NCBI GenBank assembly: GCA_002269645.1
Contig: NIVC01002065.1
Location: 1 to 64,000 of the forward strand
Length of the DNA: 64,000 bases
Direction: 5' to 3'
From: Macrostomum lignano
Taxonomy: Eukaryota
The notes under the pieces are model-generated. The model made no database searches and was not told the origin of the DNA. It saw only the letters and a list, made by a program, of their open reading frames with translations. A program made the position numbers and the translations under genes. Position 1 is the stretch's first letter. Every line of letters begins with the position of its first letter. Positions 21,301 to 33,840 of the stretch are shown one piece after another.

Positions 21301-24165
21301 CGGCCCACTGCTTCACAGAATGCATGCAAATTCTGCTCTAGTCAGCGGTGGCGCTAATGAATTCCAGTTCAGTGGGCAGCGGGGTGCCATGTGCGCGCAG
21401 CGGTGCAGCTTGCCGCGGGTTTGCAGCCCACTGCCATTTGCCTGCCTGCTGAGCGTTGTGGCGCTGCCGCTGCTGACACTGCCAAGCCATTTAGCACTCT
21501 GCATCCATCCTGTGCCTGCACTGCTGTACCGCCTGCTGAGCTGGCTGTGGTGTCTCCCCACATCTCCTATACTCTCCTCTCATCTCCTCTCCTCTCCTAT
21601 ACTCTCTTCTCCTCTCCTCTCCTCTCCTCTCCTCTCCTCTCATCTCCTCTCATCTCCTCTCCTCTCCTATACTCTCCTCTCCTCTCCTCTACTCTCCTCT
21701 CCTCTCCTCTCCTCTCCTCTCCTCTCCTCTCCTCTGCTCTCCTCTCCTCTCCTCTGCTCTCCTCTCCTCTCCTCTCCTCTCCTCTGCTCTCCTCTCCTCT
21801 GCTCTCCTCTCCTCTGCTCTGCTCTGCTCTCCTCTCCTCTCCTCTGCTCTCCTCTCCTCTCCTCTCCTCTCCTCTGCTCTGCTCTCCTCTCCTCTGCTCT
21901 CCTCTCCTCTGCTCTGCTCTCCTCTCCTCTCCTCTCCTCTCCTCTCCTCTCCTCTCCTCTCCTCTCCTCTCCTCTCCTATACTCCCTTCTCTTCTCTGCT
22001 CCTGTCTCTGCTATCGTCTCCTCTCTCCTCTCACAGCTGATCTAATCGCTTATCCACCATCTACCCCAGCTGGGCAGTGCTCAGCTCCCTAGCCATAATC
22101 GAAATGCTCGTAAAAGCGGCAGAGCAGGGCTGCCACAGATGTTCAACATCAACAGAACCTGGCTATCCCGCAGCAGCTGGTTGCCAGAGCCTTAATCCGC
22201 TTAAACAGCGGAATTCACCCCTCCCTCCTCAATCTGCCTCGATGCAGAGCACTGCCGCAGCTCGGACTTCTTGGCTAATTGTTCCACAACCCCCGTGACT
22301 ACTGCAAATTTATAATTGGATAATTGCATTGGCAGCAGTTACCCCAGCCTCCACGCGTCACTGTTGCATAATCGCATGCTAGCTAGCCGGGTTTTGTTTG
22401 CTCCAAATTGAATCGGACAGCCATTAATCATTTTTTTAAAATTAAACCAATTGAAGCCTGTCACGCCAATGAACGCAGATCCTTTTGATTGCTGCTTCTC
22501 GAGGGATAATAAAAAAGACAAAAAGCATTTCAGCTTTTCTGCTCAATCGGCCGCACAAATAATTCCAGTAACAGTTTTCCCCATGCATTGTTCCCTACAA
22601 ATGAAAATGAGGATTCATCAACTGCTTTTTAGTGCAGTTCTATGCAATTATGGAGAATTCTGAGTAGTTCTGTGCAATTCTGGATAATTCTGAGTAGTTC
22701 TGTGCAATTCTGGGGAATTCTGAGTAGTTCTATGCAATTCTGGATAATTCTGAGTAGTTCTGTGCAATTCTGGGGAATTCTGAGTAGTTCTGTGCAATTC
22801 TGGGGAATTCTGAGTAGTTCTGTGCAATTCTGGGGAATTCTGAGTAGTTCTATGCGATTCTGGGAAATTCTGAGTAGTTCTGTGCAATTCTGGGGAATTC
22901 TGAGTAGTTCTATGCAGTTCTGGGGAATTCTGAGTAGTTCTATGCAATTCTGGATAATTCTGAGTAGTTCTGTGCAATTCTGGGGAATTCTGAGTAGTTC
23001 TGTGCAATTCTGGGGAATTCTGAGTAGTTCTGTGCAATTCTGGATAATTCTGAGTAGTTCTGTGCAATTCTGGGGAATTCTGAGTAGTTCTATGCGATTC
23101 TGGAGAATTCTGAGTAGTTCTGTGCAATTCTGGGAAATTCTGAGTAGTTCTATGCAATTCTGGGGAATTCTGAGTAGTTCTGTGCAATTCTGGGGAATTC
23201 TGAGTAGTTCTATGCAATTCTGGATAATTCTGAGTAGTTCTGTGCAATTCTGGGGAATTCTGAGTAGTTCTGTGCAATTCTGGAGAATTCTGAGTAGTTC
23301 TGTGCAATTCTGGAGAATTCTGAGTAGTTCTGTGCAATTCTAGGGAATTCTGAGTAGTTCTATGCAATTCTGGGGAATTCTGAGTAGTTCTGTGCAATTC
23401 TGGGGAATTCTGAGTAGTTCTGTGCAATTCTGGGGAATTCTGAGTAGTTCTATGCAATTCTGGGGAATTCTGAGTAGTTCTGTGCAATTCTGGGGAATTC
23501 TGAGTAGTTCTGTGCAATTCTGGGGAATTCTGAGTAGTTCTGTGCAATTCTGGGGAATTCTGAGTAGTTCTGTGCAATTCTGGAGAATTCTGAGTAGTTC
23601 TGTGCAATTCTGGGGAATTCTGAGTAGTTCTATGCAATTCTGGGGAATTCTGAGTAGTTCTATGCGATTCTGGGGAATTCTGAGTAGTTCTATGCGATTC
23701 TGGGGAATTCTGAGTAGTTCTATGCAATTTTGGGGAATTCTGAGTGGTTCTGTGCAATTCTAGGGAATTCTGAGTAGTTCTGTGCAATTCTGGGGAATTC
23801 TGGGAAATTCTCTAGAATTCTGGGATATTTTTCGGAATTCTGACTGATTCTGCGGAATTCCCCGTCGCCTTGCAGGCCGCTGCCAGCTGGGCTGGGCCTT
23901 CGTGCTGGCCTGTGCCAGCGGATTCCTGGCGACGGCCACCGTGGCCTTCCCAGTCCAGATTGCCCGGCACTACCTGCTGCCGGTGGAGTCCTCGGCTCGC
24001 GATGTTCACCGGCCGGCTGCCGCTGCTGCTGGGCGGCGGCCGTACGCGCAGATCGGCACCGGGAGATACCAGCTGCAGGGCTGCAGCCCCGGGCTGCGCC
24101 AGCCGCTGCTGCGGGACAGCCGGCCCGGCAGCGCCTGCGTGGACTGCGCGCCTGCGGCTGTTTGA
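10850..24165 (+). CDS. LHFPL6: LHFPL-family tetraspan membrane protein (most like LHFPL6/LHFP), with a low-complexity N-terminal extension; one frameshift near 12241
   Basis: Exons 10850-10986 (start uncertain; alternative ATG 11795), 11788-12457, 20304-20405, 23876-24165; phases 2,1,1 consistent. Motifs FLLPYWLKG, LGLFRLCAYP, CGHYRHLSEIPSPAWR, LLYPIGW..PDVAQVCG, LGRCQLGWAF. The frame is restored by adding one C in GGCC(C)GG at about 12241. Confidence 0.8.
11129..11745. repeat. 20-bp tandem array (TAGTGCTCATACAGCTGCAA)n in the LHFPL intron 10987-11787
   Basis: About 30 units. Confidence 0.95.
12478..12722. repeat. 8-bp-based array (CTCGTACT/GTCGTACT)n just after donor 12458
   Basis: Read directly. 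Confidence 0.9.
13360..17990. repeat. 4.6-kb 21-bp satellite (CTTTGTCTCAGCCTCTCTCGC)n with higher-order structure
   Basis: About 220 units; recurrent 19-bp variant units (AGCCTTTCGCTT); explains the three ~1500-aa plus-strand ORFs. Confidence 0.97.
18277..18314. repeat. (TG)n microsatellite
   Basis: Read directly. Confidence 0.9.
18735..19215. repeat. CT-rich 70-bp tandem repeat (4 copies) decaying into low-complexity CT sequence
   Basis: TCCATCTGAT recurs at 18761, 18831, 18901 and 18971. Confidence 0.85.
19900..20170. repeat. 10-bp tandem array (ATCTCTATCC)n
   Basis: Read directly. Confidence 0.92.
20462..20524 (+). mobile_element. tRNA-derived SINE-like head (Pol III A/B boxes), remnant
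   Basis: GCGGCTTGGCGGTT (A-box-like) ... CCCGGGTTCAATTCC (B-box GGTTCRANTCC) at tRNA-like spacing; no complete cloverleaf. Confidence 0.45.
20520..21015. repeat. 11-bp tandem array (CACATTCCTGA)n
   Basis: Read directly. Confidence 0.9.
21560..22030. repeat. (CTCCT)n pentanucleotide microsatellite
   Basis: Read directly. Confidence 0.92.
22637..23800. repeat. 30-bp tandem array (TTCTGGGGAATTCTGAGTAGTTCTGTGCAA)n, about 38 units
   Basis: Read directly; ends about 70 bp before acceptor 23875. Confidence 0.96.
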
Positions 24166-24234
24166 CGGGGGCTGATTGTGAGGGATGAAAAATACTCCAG
24201 GGCTATGGATGGTTAAAGGCCTCTGCTCTACTGT

Positions 24235-24717
24235 CCTTTTCTCTATTCTTACTTCTCTCCTCTCTACTTTCTCTACCTTACTCTCCTTTTCTCTATTCTC
24301 ACTTCTCTCCCTCTTCTCTCGCTTCTCTACTCTCCTTTTCTCTATTCTCACTTCTCTTCTCTCCTCTACTCTCTCTTCTCTACTCCCCTTTTCTCTATTC
24401 TCACTTCTCTCCTCTCCTCTACTCTCTCTTCTCTACTCCCCTTTTCTCTATTCTCACTTCTCTCCTCTCCTCTACTCTCTCTTCTCTACTCCCCTTTTCT
24501 CTATTCTCACTTCTCTCCCTCTTCTCTCGCTTCTCTACTCTCCTTTTCTCTATTCTTACTTCTCTCCTCTCCTCTGCTCTCCCTACCTTACTCTCCTTTT
24601 CTCTATTCTCAGTTCTCTCCTTTCCTCTACTCTCGCTTCTTTTCTCTCCTTTTCTCTATTCTCAGTTCTCTCCTCCCCTCTACTCTCGCTTCTTTTCTCT
24701 CCTTTCCTCTCCTCTTA
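24235..24717. repeat. Degenerate CT-rich tandem repeat downstream of the LHFPL stop codon
   Basis: Recurrent TTTTCTCTATTCTCACTTCTCT. Confidence 0.8.
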
Positions 24718-25454
24718 GGCCAATTATTAAATATTGGTTTGAACGAGTCGATCTGGATCCGGATCTATTTCTAACTCGTAGTCGTCATTTAGGCTGAAGA
24801 AATCTGCAGTTATTGAATGCGGTCAATTATTTATTGCGTTGTTACAAAAGAAGTGTCCGATGGCCATATCTCAGCTCGGTCTCTTGTTTGCTTCTATGGA
24901 TTACGTAACACGAAGTTTCTTCAAGTATTTTATTGATATTCATTGATGTTTTGCATTGTCTACCTCGTGTTTGTATATGTACAACTTACATGATGTACTT
25001 AGAATGTTGCACTTTTTAAAAACCTTACGTACTCCATACAGTATTGAGCATACATCACTGTCAAAAAGCAAAATACTTCATATGTGCTAACTTGCGCATT
25101 CGTCCCCAACTTTTGTTACAAATGAAATTACGCTCGTATCGCACTTTTTACACTACTATTATAGATAGTAAATAAGGATAATCTACGGTACCTGATAACC
25201 AACAAAGACCCATTTATGTGCTCCACGAGCTACTGACAGTGGGTCTTTCAAAGACGCGATTCTTGAGTAGTATTCTAATAAATAGCTGATATACACGTGT
25301 GCGACTGGGTGTGCATTGATGTAAATATAAGCAAATTTAATACACTGCACTGTAGCGATTATCCTCTGAGTGCTCTACAATTCTCTCCGCCTTCGAATTC
25401 CTATTTGCTTTTCTTAATTACAATGCGCATGCATAGTTACTGCATGCAGCCCGT

Positions 25455-26305
25455 TTCCCTGACCAACCCCAGCACCCGCCTCCCCTTTCCCTGACCAACC
25501 CCAGCACCCGCCTCCCCTTTCCCTGACCAACCCCAGCACCCGCCTCCCCTTTCCCTGACCAACCCCAGCACCCGCCTCCCCTTTCCCTGACCAACCCCAG
25601 CACCCACCTGCCCTTTCCCTGACCAACCCCAGCACCCACCTCCCCTTTCCCTGACCAACCCCAGCACCCGCCTCCCCTTTCCCTGACCAACCTCAGCACC
25701 CACCTGCCCTTTCCCTGACCAACCCCAGCACCCGCCTCCCCTCTCCCTGACCAACCCCAGCAACCGCCTCCCCTTTCCCTGACCAACCCCAGCACCCGCC
25801 TCCCCTTTCCCTGACCAACCCCAGCACCCGCCTCCCCTTTCCCTGACCAACCTCAAGCACCCGCCTCCCCTTTCCCTGACCAACCCCAGCACCCGCCTCC
25901 CCTTTCCCTGACCAACCCCAGCACCCACCTGCCCTTTCCCTGACCAACCCCAGCACCCACCTCCCCTTTCCCTGACCAACCCCAGCACCCGCCTCCCCTT
26001 TCCCTGACCAACCTCAGCACCCACCTGCCCTTTCCCTGACCAACCCCAGCACCCGCCTCCCCTCTCCCTGACCAACCCCAGCACCCGCCTCCCCTTTCCC
26101 TGACAACCCCAGCACCCGCCTCCCCTCTCCCTGACCAACCCCAGCACCCACCTCCCCTTTCCCTGACCAACCTCAGCACCCGCCTCCCCTTTCCCTGACC
26201 AACCTCAAGCACCCGCCTCCCCTTTCCCTGACCAACCTCAAGCACCCGCCTCCCCTTTCCCTGACCAACCCCAGCACCCGCCTCCCCTTTCCCTGACCAA
26301 CCCCA
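25455..26305. repeat. 32-bp tandem array (CCCTGACCAACCCCAGCACCCGCCTCCCCTTT)n
   Basis: GACC period of 32 (25461, 25493...). Confidence 0.93.
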
Positions 26306-27099
26306 GCTTCCTTTCTCTGACAAAAGATCATAGTGACCTTTTTGGCATAGCAGTAGAATCAAAGAACCTGACAAAAAACTCCACATAGATTTTTTTATTC
26401 AAGATGATGATAAGCCTAAAAACGTCGTTCTCCAACACTGTATGATACTTTCCGTCTTATTTTATTTAAAAAATTCTTAACAATGGTCAGTAAAAGAAAT
26501 CTTTAATTTAATTTTCAACGAAAACAAAGTTCAGAATCTTTTTTATCAAATCCTTGTAAGACGATCAAAATTCAACTTCAAAACACAACAAGCGGGCCGA
26601 CAGGTGTTGCTCTGGGCAAAAACGGGGGATAAAAATGAAGGGTATTAGCTAATACGAGAAATGAGTAAACAGCACACCGAGTCTAGGCCTAATTGGTTAA
26701 TAAATATTGGGGATCTGCATTAGTATACATGAGCAAATACTAATAGATCTGACAGTTGGAAAAGTTGAAGCATAGCGAGTGATGTGCTAAAGATATGACA
26801 GCCAAGCAAATGTGAGGGCGGTAGTTGTTACTGTGGGGCAATTGAACCCAGCAAGGCGGGAATAGACGATATTAATTAGCTAATAATGGCTGGCTAAGAT
26901 ATGACAAGCGACGAATAATGAATTGAATAAAAATTGTCCTAAACTATGCTTCTTAATAAGTCTAAATTAAATAACTATAAATATGGAGTCAGAGCAAACA
27001 GATGCCTAAGGGATGGCTGTTTTTTATTAAGCCTAGAAACGCTAAAAGTCCTGCGAGTGCTTTGAGCGCTAGAAACATCAAGCCTAAATAGTGAGTACT

Positions 27100-27345
27100 C
27101 AAGCACGCTAGTACTTAAGTACGCTAGTACTCAAGTACGCTAGTACTCAAGTACGCTAGTGCTCAAGTACGCTAGTACTCAAGTACGCTAGTACTCAAGT
27201 ACGCTAGTACTCAAGTACGCAAATACTAAAATACACTAGTACTCACGTACGCTAGTACTCAAGTACGCTAGTGCTCAAGTACGCTAGTACTCAAGTACGC
27301 TAGTACTAAAGTACGCAAATACTAAAATACACTAGTACGTTAGTA
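27100..27345. repeat. 16-bp tandem array (AGTACTCAAGTACGCT)n
   Basis: Read directly. Confidence 0.9.
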
Positions 27346-28284
27346 CTTGATTACTCTCGCATTCATGTATCCAAGCACTTGTAAAGAAATACATCCTCAA
27401 GTTCTGAAGCACTCAGTAGGCTAATCAAGTACTCAGGAACCAAGGTTCTCAAGTACGTAAGTTTGCGAAAATAATAAGGTGCACTAATTACTCAAGCACT
27501 CACGCGACCAAAATGATTATTAATTTCTAAGTGCTCCAATATTAGGAAATTAAAATTCACAAAATGGCATTTTTAAAAACAATCACCACCGCATTTACGA
27601 TAATAGCAAAGCCACTTGAGCCACGCTGAAAAAAGAACTTTCAACATACGGCTAGTAAATATTAAGGAGCTTAAAACTTCAAGTATCAACTATTGTTATA
27701 CGAATATATTGGTCAGGAAGTTTGTTCGCAAGCAGCGCAGAGAGGGAGAGTGAATCTAAAAAACACAAAAAAATAAAAAGGCGAGCTTCCTAACAAAATT
27801 TGGCTGCTTCAGGGTATTTTAAATATTTATTTATTTTATCCTCACTAACAAACTGCCTGCTTCAAGTACTCGTAGTTTAGGAGAACACATTGACGGCTCT
27901 ATGTTTTAAAAAACAGACGGATAGAAGACTCTTTTCAAGATTTTCATGCATGCAAAACAATTTTCAACCATTCTTTGGCTAGCAAACTACTGAAAGTAGA
28001 ATTCTTTGAACAGGTAAATCTTAATTGACCATTTTCAGGATTAAAATGATTTACGCTCGTTTAGCTGCTACACACACTACTGTCAGCAGAAGCATTCAAA
28101 ACAAAGCCTTGTAAGTAAACTACAAACTCTCTCGTTATAAGCGTTCCCTAAATACTAGAAATTGGTAATACAGGGTCATGCGTGATTCTCAGGGGGTTTG
28201 GGGTTCCTCATTGTCACAAATCCAGCAAATCCGTCCGCATCAAAAGTGGACCTAACAATTACTGGTCACGACACTGCTGTTCTC

Positions 28285-31200
28285 TCAGTCCTGGATGTTC
28301 TCCCGCAGGCGAGACAGCACGTTATCGAACCTGTCACTGCCCAGGTAGTCGATTTCGCCTCGCTCCCAGGCCTCCCGACGGTTGCCACCTCCGGCAGCGC
28401 CTCCCACCGCACCGCCGCCGCCGCCGCCGTCGCCGCCGCCGCCGCCCTGCTGCGACAAAGCGATTCGCTCACCCTGGCTTGACGCCTGCAAATCGCGAAT
28501 GGGTCTCGGTGACAATCTGCCCCGATTCTACTGCTGTTGCAATCTGCCCCGATTCTACTGCTGTTGCAATCTGCCCCGATTCTACTGCTGTTGCAATCTG
28601 CCCCGATTCTACTGCTGTTGCAATCTGCCCCGATTCTACTGCTGTTGCAATCTGCCCCGATTCTACTGCTGTTGCAATCTGCCCCGATTCTACTGCTGTT
28701 GCAATCTGCCCCGATTCTATCGCTGTTGCAATCTGCCCCGATTCTACTGCTGTTGCAATCTGCCCCGATTCTATCGCTGTTGCAATCTGCCCCGATTCTA
28801 CTGCTGTTGCAATCTGCCCCGATTCTACTGCTGTTGCAATCTGCCCCGATTCTACTGCTGTTGCAATCTGCCCCGATTCTACTGCTGTTACAATCTGCCC
28901 CGATGCTACTGCTGTTACAATCTGCCCCGATGCTACCGCTACAAAGTACTAGCAACACAATCGTACAACACAGCTCTAGTGTCCAACTGTGAACAGTCGG
29001 TAAAAATCATTAATACAAAAAGTGAGATAATGAAACACACTAGTGAGTGTTATGACACACAATAGTCAAAGACTACTCTCAGTTATTGAGCATGATCAGA
29101 TATAAGAGATTAGTTTTGTGCGCAAATACGTTGCACTAAATTTGATTGTTTACCTTTTTTATCAGCATGCATTCTTAAACTTTGCATTTCTGCTAATTGG
29201 TCACTGGGAATTTGCATTTGAAATTGTTCCAGTCAACAAAAAAAACTGTTTACATGTTATTCGAAAAACAGCACTAACCAATTTGTTACATTTATCTACT
29301 TTAACCCACGCTCTCTCAGACTGTCTCACACTGCCAGTTGGACTGTAAAATCGCCCCAGGGGGGGGCTTGTATATTTTTCTTGCCAGCCACTGCTCTAAG
29401 GTACAAAGTTTAGTTACATTGCAGCTTGTATAGCGCAACTGGACGAAGGCACAAAAGTCCGCCACAGAAAAATAATGAATCACGCCAGCGGAGAGCGGGG
29501 CAGAGCAGACACAAGACAAGGCTCAGATTCTGTGCCTAACTCTGCCCTCCCTTCAAGTGGCAGAAAAGACTCGCGCATAGAGAATGGACAAACGATGCAA
29601 TACGAATAGCGAATAAAAAGCCTTCAACAGAGCGGAACGGAAGCGTGACGGGTGCAAGAGCCTTCGAGGTCTTATATGACCGAGGCAGATATCAGATTGT
29701 CGTGCATACCCAGTCAGACTCTACTCCAATGGCGTAAGCAAGCCAACTGCGTAACACGATAAAGCTGCGTGACTTTTCCTCTCTACAACTGCTCTCTACT
29801 AATTCGGCCTGTCAACTGTTGCTCAACCCAGCCGAGTCACAGAAATGTACGCAGCACGGGCCCTCCTCCGTCCCGATAATAGCGTGTAACGACGTGCACA
29901 AGAATGCAAAGAGATACAACACCGACAGCACAATTCTGCCAGTCTTTTATCTATTTTAAATAAAGGCGGCATTTTGTGCTAGATTTGCCTTCGGGCACAA
30001 CAACTATAGGCCGGAGGGGCTTATCGGGGCGTGGGGTGGACGCAACAGACGCAGACAGACAGACAGCACTAGCAGCACGTGTTTGAGTAAAACGAGTTAA
30101 TCGGAGACCCCTTGCGGCATTCTTCTCTCTATTTTCTAATATTTGCTGGTTTCAACAATAAAATTTTGGCCATCGTTCAATGAAATAAACTCTAAACGCT
30201 CCGCGAACCCACTGCACAATTAGCCAGTTTAGAACAACAACAAATCTTTAAAATACTGTAAGCATTTGTTATTATAAACTTCAAAGACTGGGCGCAGCCC
30301 ATGAAAACAGCAAAAATCTTTGTTAAATCGATGTATCCACATAAAAACTGCAGTATTGTTTATTTTATAGGAAAATGTTGTTTTGTTAGGACACGCATTA
30401 TTGCGGTAGATTAATGAAACCAATCGGGATTCGATTCGAGGACCTTCCACTCAGGACCATAATGCAGTCTTTAATATCAATATCGCAGCAAGACCCAAAC
30501 AAGTGAGCAAGACCGTAAAGGTATTCAAAGATTCCTTCAAAGATGTTAAAGGAAAGATATGCGCAGTAAACACTGCAAGCTGACTGCTGCATTGACCTAC
30601 TGACGCGTAGTGAAGACTTAAGACACCGGAGTTTGGAAAGAGATTTGGAACGAATCTCTTGACTCATCAAAGACTTCAGCTCCCGTGTCCTTGAAATCAA
30701 AGCAAATTTGAATACGTAGGGCCGCTGTTAATGCACACTGTGTTAGATAGCAAGCCAGCCAGAGAGTTATCTCGCTAATCTCAGTGGCGTGTATCCAAAC
30801 CTCAACAGGTAGTTCCGATTCGTCATAATATTCGTCATAGAATTCTTCATAATACTCTGACGCGCCAGTGGTTGCCGACTCGTCAAACTCCTCTACTCGC
30901 CGAGTAATGTAGGAGTCGTCAATCTCAGCAGCCGGGGCTAGAATCCGCGACCGCTCCAGCTGCTCCTGAGCTGGCGGCTCCAAGTGGAGCGCTTCGAACA
31001 GCCGATCAGCCAAGGCGGCCGCTGTCACCGTCACCGTGGTGGTGCTGGAACGACTAGTCCTAGCCACCTCAATTTGCGCCTCTTCATCAGCAGCGGCCGT
31101 GGCGGCTGCCGCCTTATTCTTACTCTGCTTGATGCGAACCGAGTGCACAGACTTGGGATCCGGCTTGGCCAGCGGGGTGATGAAAGTGTGCCTGGTGAAT

Positions 31201-33840
31201 GACCCAGCCTGGACGCCGCAGTCCGCAGCTGGCAAAGTGGCCGGTCTGAACACCACAACAGATGACGCAGGCATCCTTTTTGTTGTTGTCGAAGTTGTCG
31301 TTGTTGATGTTGTTGTCAGCATTGAAGTGGCCGCCGCGGGCTGACGAACGATGGAGCAGAATGTGCGCTCGCCAGCCAGACGGAGCCTCCGACCGGAGCT
31401 GGACGAAGCCGACGAGGCCAGCGGCGGCAACAGCAGCGCCTCGACCAGGCGATTCTGGCTGCGGCGGATTCTAACAAAACCGGCCTCGTTAGTTGTCGTC
31501 CCAGTTGCCGACGACCAGCCCCACTGGCGGTTGCCAAGCCGGCGGACTAGACGGCTCCGGCGTAGGCGAACCAATCGGCGAGTGCCGCTGATAACGGCTA
31601 GCACGCGGCGACGCTGGCGAGCGGCCTCGGCCAGTTCGGGACTGTCTGGCAGCAGGCGCTGCGTTTTGTGTGTTCGCGAAGCGTTGAAATACGGGTAGTG
31701 ATATCCCAGCAGAGGTCCGGGACTCGATTCCCCAACCAAAGCACAATAGATAAAAAGAAAATCGTTGAAATTCAAGTTCAGAATGTACTTCTACATCGTA
31801 TTGCTCGTTTCGCAACGATTAAATCATAGAACAAATGAAGGTCAATCAATGTTGGCACATTGCAAAAAGTACATAAAGTAAAGTTTACAAACTATATATA
31901 GTATCGCATCGAAAAATGTCAAAACCCCCTCTGCCCCCAGTCTCCTTGCTGACTAACTAACAATCTTCAATAGTCGACACTAACTGGAACAGATTTTGGT
32001 GTAGAAGCGGCCTCGTTGCGCGGAAGGCCAGTACAAAATCCAATGTACATTTAGAATAGGGAAAGTAGTGTACAATGAAAGCCCAGCGCATTCCTGACCA
32101 GCCACCCTGCCCCCTAAGTCTGCAGAATACACAAAATGAAATCTCTGCAACTAAGTAAGCTTTTCTCTCCCAAACTTTCAGCCCTTTTCCCATCCCCAAA
32201 CCCATTCGCGAATGCCTCCAAAGCTTTTCCACTCCGTTCCATACCCAAAACTCTCCAACCAGCCCCTCAGCGAAGGCTGTTAGACTGGATAATAAGAGTC
32301 AGTCAGATACTATTGTGCAATTAAGCTAATAAAAATTAATAATCATAATCATAACACAGTTCTAATTAAAAATTAATTAACCGTACAATGACAATCTATG
32401 ATAAGTTGGTGCCGATTGTAAAGAGATCTAGAGTGAATTATAAGTTGCGCTAGTCTATATACACAGTTATTAAATATTACGATTTGTAACAGATCTAAAT
32501 ATGAAATCAGAAGGATTTATATATGGTGCATAAAATGCTAGATAGGATGCACGCGATGCATTTCAATTGACTAATACATCAGCTGAACAACACGGGACAA
32601 TGACACTCTACCATACACTGGCTTACCGCATCCCCAGCTGCTGGCTAGAAGTTAATGATAGAAATTATAACAACATATTAATTTATGCTTGAATATGAGA
32701 ATATCAATCTGCTAGAGGCCGCAGGTAACTAACTGCACACTTACAGCTCCGGCTGGCAGCATAGCGTGCACCTGGGTGACGTAGATGTCCCACCAGTGCT
32801 GCAGAAACTCCGATTGGTGCCCGGTGCCTTCGCGCGGTTCAACCTGCCCTGTGGCGCTGTTGTACGAGTGATGCCACGGCTTCACTTCGCCGATGAAGTG
32901 GGCCACCTTGATGTCGCGTCGGAAATGACGGAACGCTGGCAAGTAGGAATAGAAGGCCTGCGACACGCAGTTGTAGGTGAATGGCAGGTGCTTGGTGATG
33001 TCCTTAGTGGCCCAGTCGTTGAAGAACATGTTCAGCAGGCCTTGGTCGGCGCCGTCGAAACTGGTGCAGCTGCGAGCGAAGTCTAGCAGGCGCCTGCGGA
33101 TGCGGAGTGAGCAGCACTGTGCTGGCAGCTGCTTCACTACCTACCCCACTGTGCTGGCTGCCTACCCCACAGTGCTGGCTGCCTACCCCACTGTGCTGGC
33201 TGTCTACCCCACAGTGCTGGCTGCCTACCCCGGCTACTCTACCTACCCTACTGCTATACTGGCTACTCTACCTACCCTAGTCACAGCCTTTACCTGTAAG
33301 TGTCCTCACTAGGCCGATAGACAAACACGCCAGAGTTGAAGCAGTCGGGCCAGCCAGGATCTGGCGCGGCCGAGAGCTCCTCGCGTTCTAACAGATCGTC
33401 AATATTAGCCATTACCAGGGTGTCAGAGTCCATGAAGACGGCTTTAGTGTAGCGAATCAGACGCCAACAGTGCAGCTTGGTGAATGTGCAGCCAAGGTTT
33501 GGCCGGCCAAGCAGAGCCAAATTGGCCGGGTCGCTGCTGTCGAGAGGCTGCACCATCTCTACGTGGTCAGCTACGCGTGCCAGGGCTTGCCTAAATGATT
33601 CACATTTAGATTATAAAATATCCGGGTAATCGGCGGGAGTAACTATTAATATACTACAATCGTTAAACGCCTCGTCATCTCATTAGTTCACTTAACTTAC
33701 CTGAACTGCGGACTAACACCATCTGTGATCATAACGCAGATTTGCTTGGTAGTATTAACATTGCGCAGAGAGTTAGCCCAAACAATTGCGCCAAGCGCAT
33801 AGGAGTCATTGGTGGCAAGTGTTACAAATGCTTCTGCCAT
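28285..33840 (-). CDS. GYG1: Glycogenin (GT8 self-glucosylating glycogen primer), 328 aa, 4 exons
   Basis: Exons 33840-33701, 33590-33294, 33093-32745, 28485-28285 (987 nt; phases 2,2,0). Motifs [34 protein letters not shown] (DxD), [35 protein letters not shown] (acceptor Tyr), HFIGEVKPW, and the C-terminal glycogen-synthase-binding motif [17 protein letters not shown]. Confidence 0.95.
28510..28940. repeat. 27-bp tandem array (GCAATCTGCCCCGATTCTACTGCTGTT)n next to the last glycogenin acceptor
   Basis: About 16 units. Confidence 0.93.
30618..31790 (-). CDS. Long sense-strand ORF inside glycogenin intron 3; possible alternative cassette or terminal exon
   Basis: 385-codon stop-free GC-rich reading (Thr/Ala/Ser-rich, acidic [13 protein letters not shown]). 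Candidate phase-0 donor GAG|GTTTGG at 30801 and a weak phase-0 acceptor TAG| at 31790. Confidence 0.4.
   Translation of the reverse strand, partial: KYILNLNFNDFLFIYCALVGESSPGPLLGYHYPYFNASRTHKTQRLLPDSPELAEAARQRRRVLAVISGTRRLVRLRRSRLVRRLGNRQWGWSSATGTTTNEAGFVRIRRSQNRLVEALLLPPLASSASSSSGRRLRLAGERTFCSIVRQPAAATSMLTTTSTTTTSTTTKRMPASSVVVFRPATLPAADCGVQAGSFTRHTFITPLAKPDPKSVHSVRIKQSKNKAAAATAAADEEAQIEVARTSRSSTTTVTVTAAALADRLFEALHLEPPAQEQLERSRILAPAAEIDDSYITRRVEEFDESATTGASEYYEEFYDEYYDESELPVEVWIHATEISEITLWLACYLTQCALTAALRIQICFDFKDTGAEVFDESRDSFQISFQTPVS
33120..33260. repeat. 21-bp tandem array (CCTACCCCACAGTGCTGGCTG)n in glycogenin intron 2
   Basis: About 6 units. Confidence 0.85.

Noticed and set aside
22637-23800. 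CRISPR-like appearance of 27-32-bp repeats (also at 1-281, 25455 and 28510)
   Set aside because: Units are head-to-tail with no unique spacers, there are no cas genes, and the context is eukaryotic.
30040-30075. (CAGA)n tract resembling DINE/HINE Helitron derivatives
   Set aside because: Only a few units, and no identifiable subterminal inverted repeat or hairpin.
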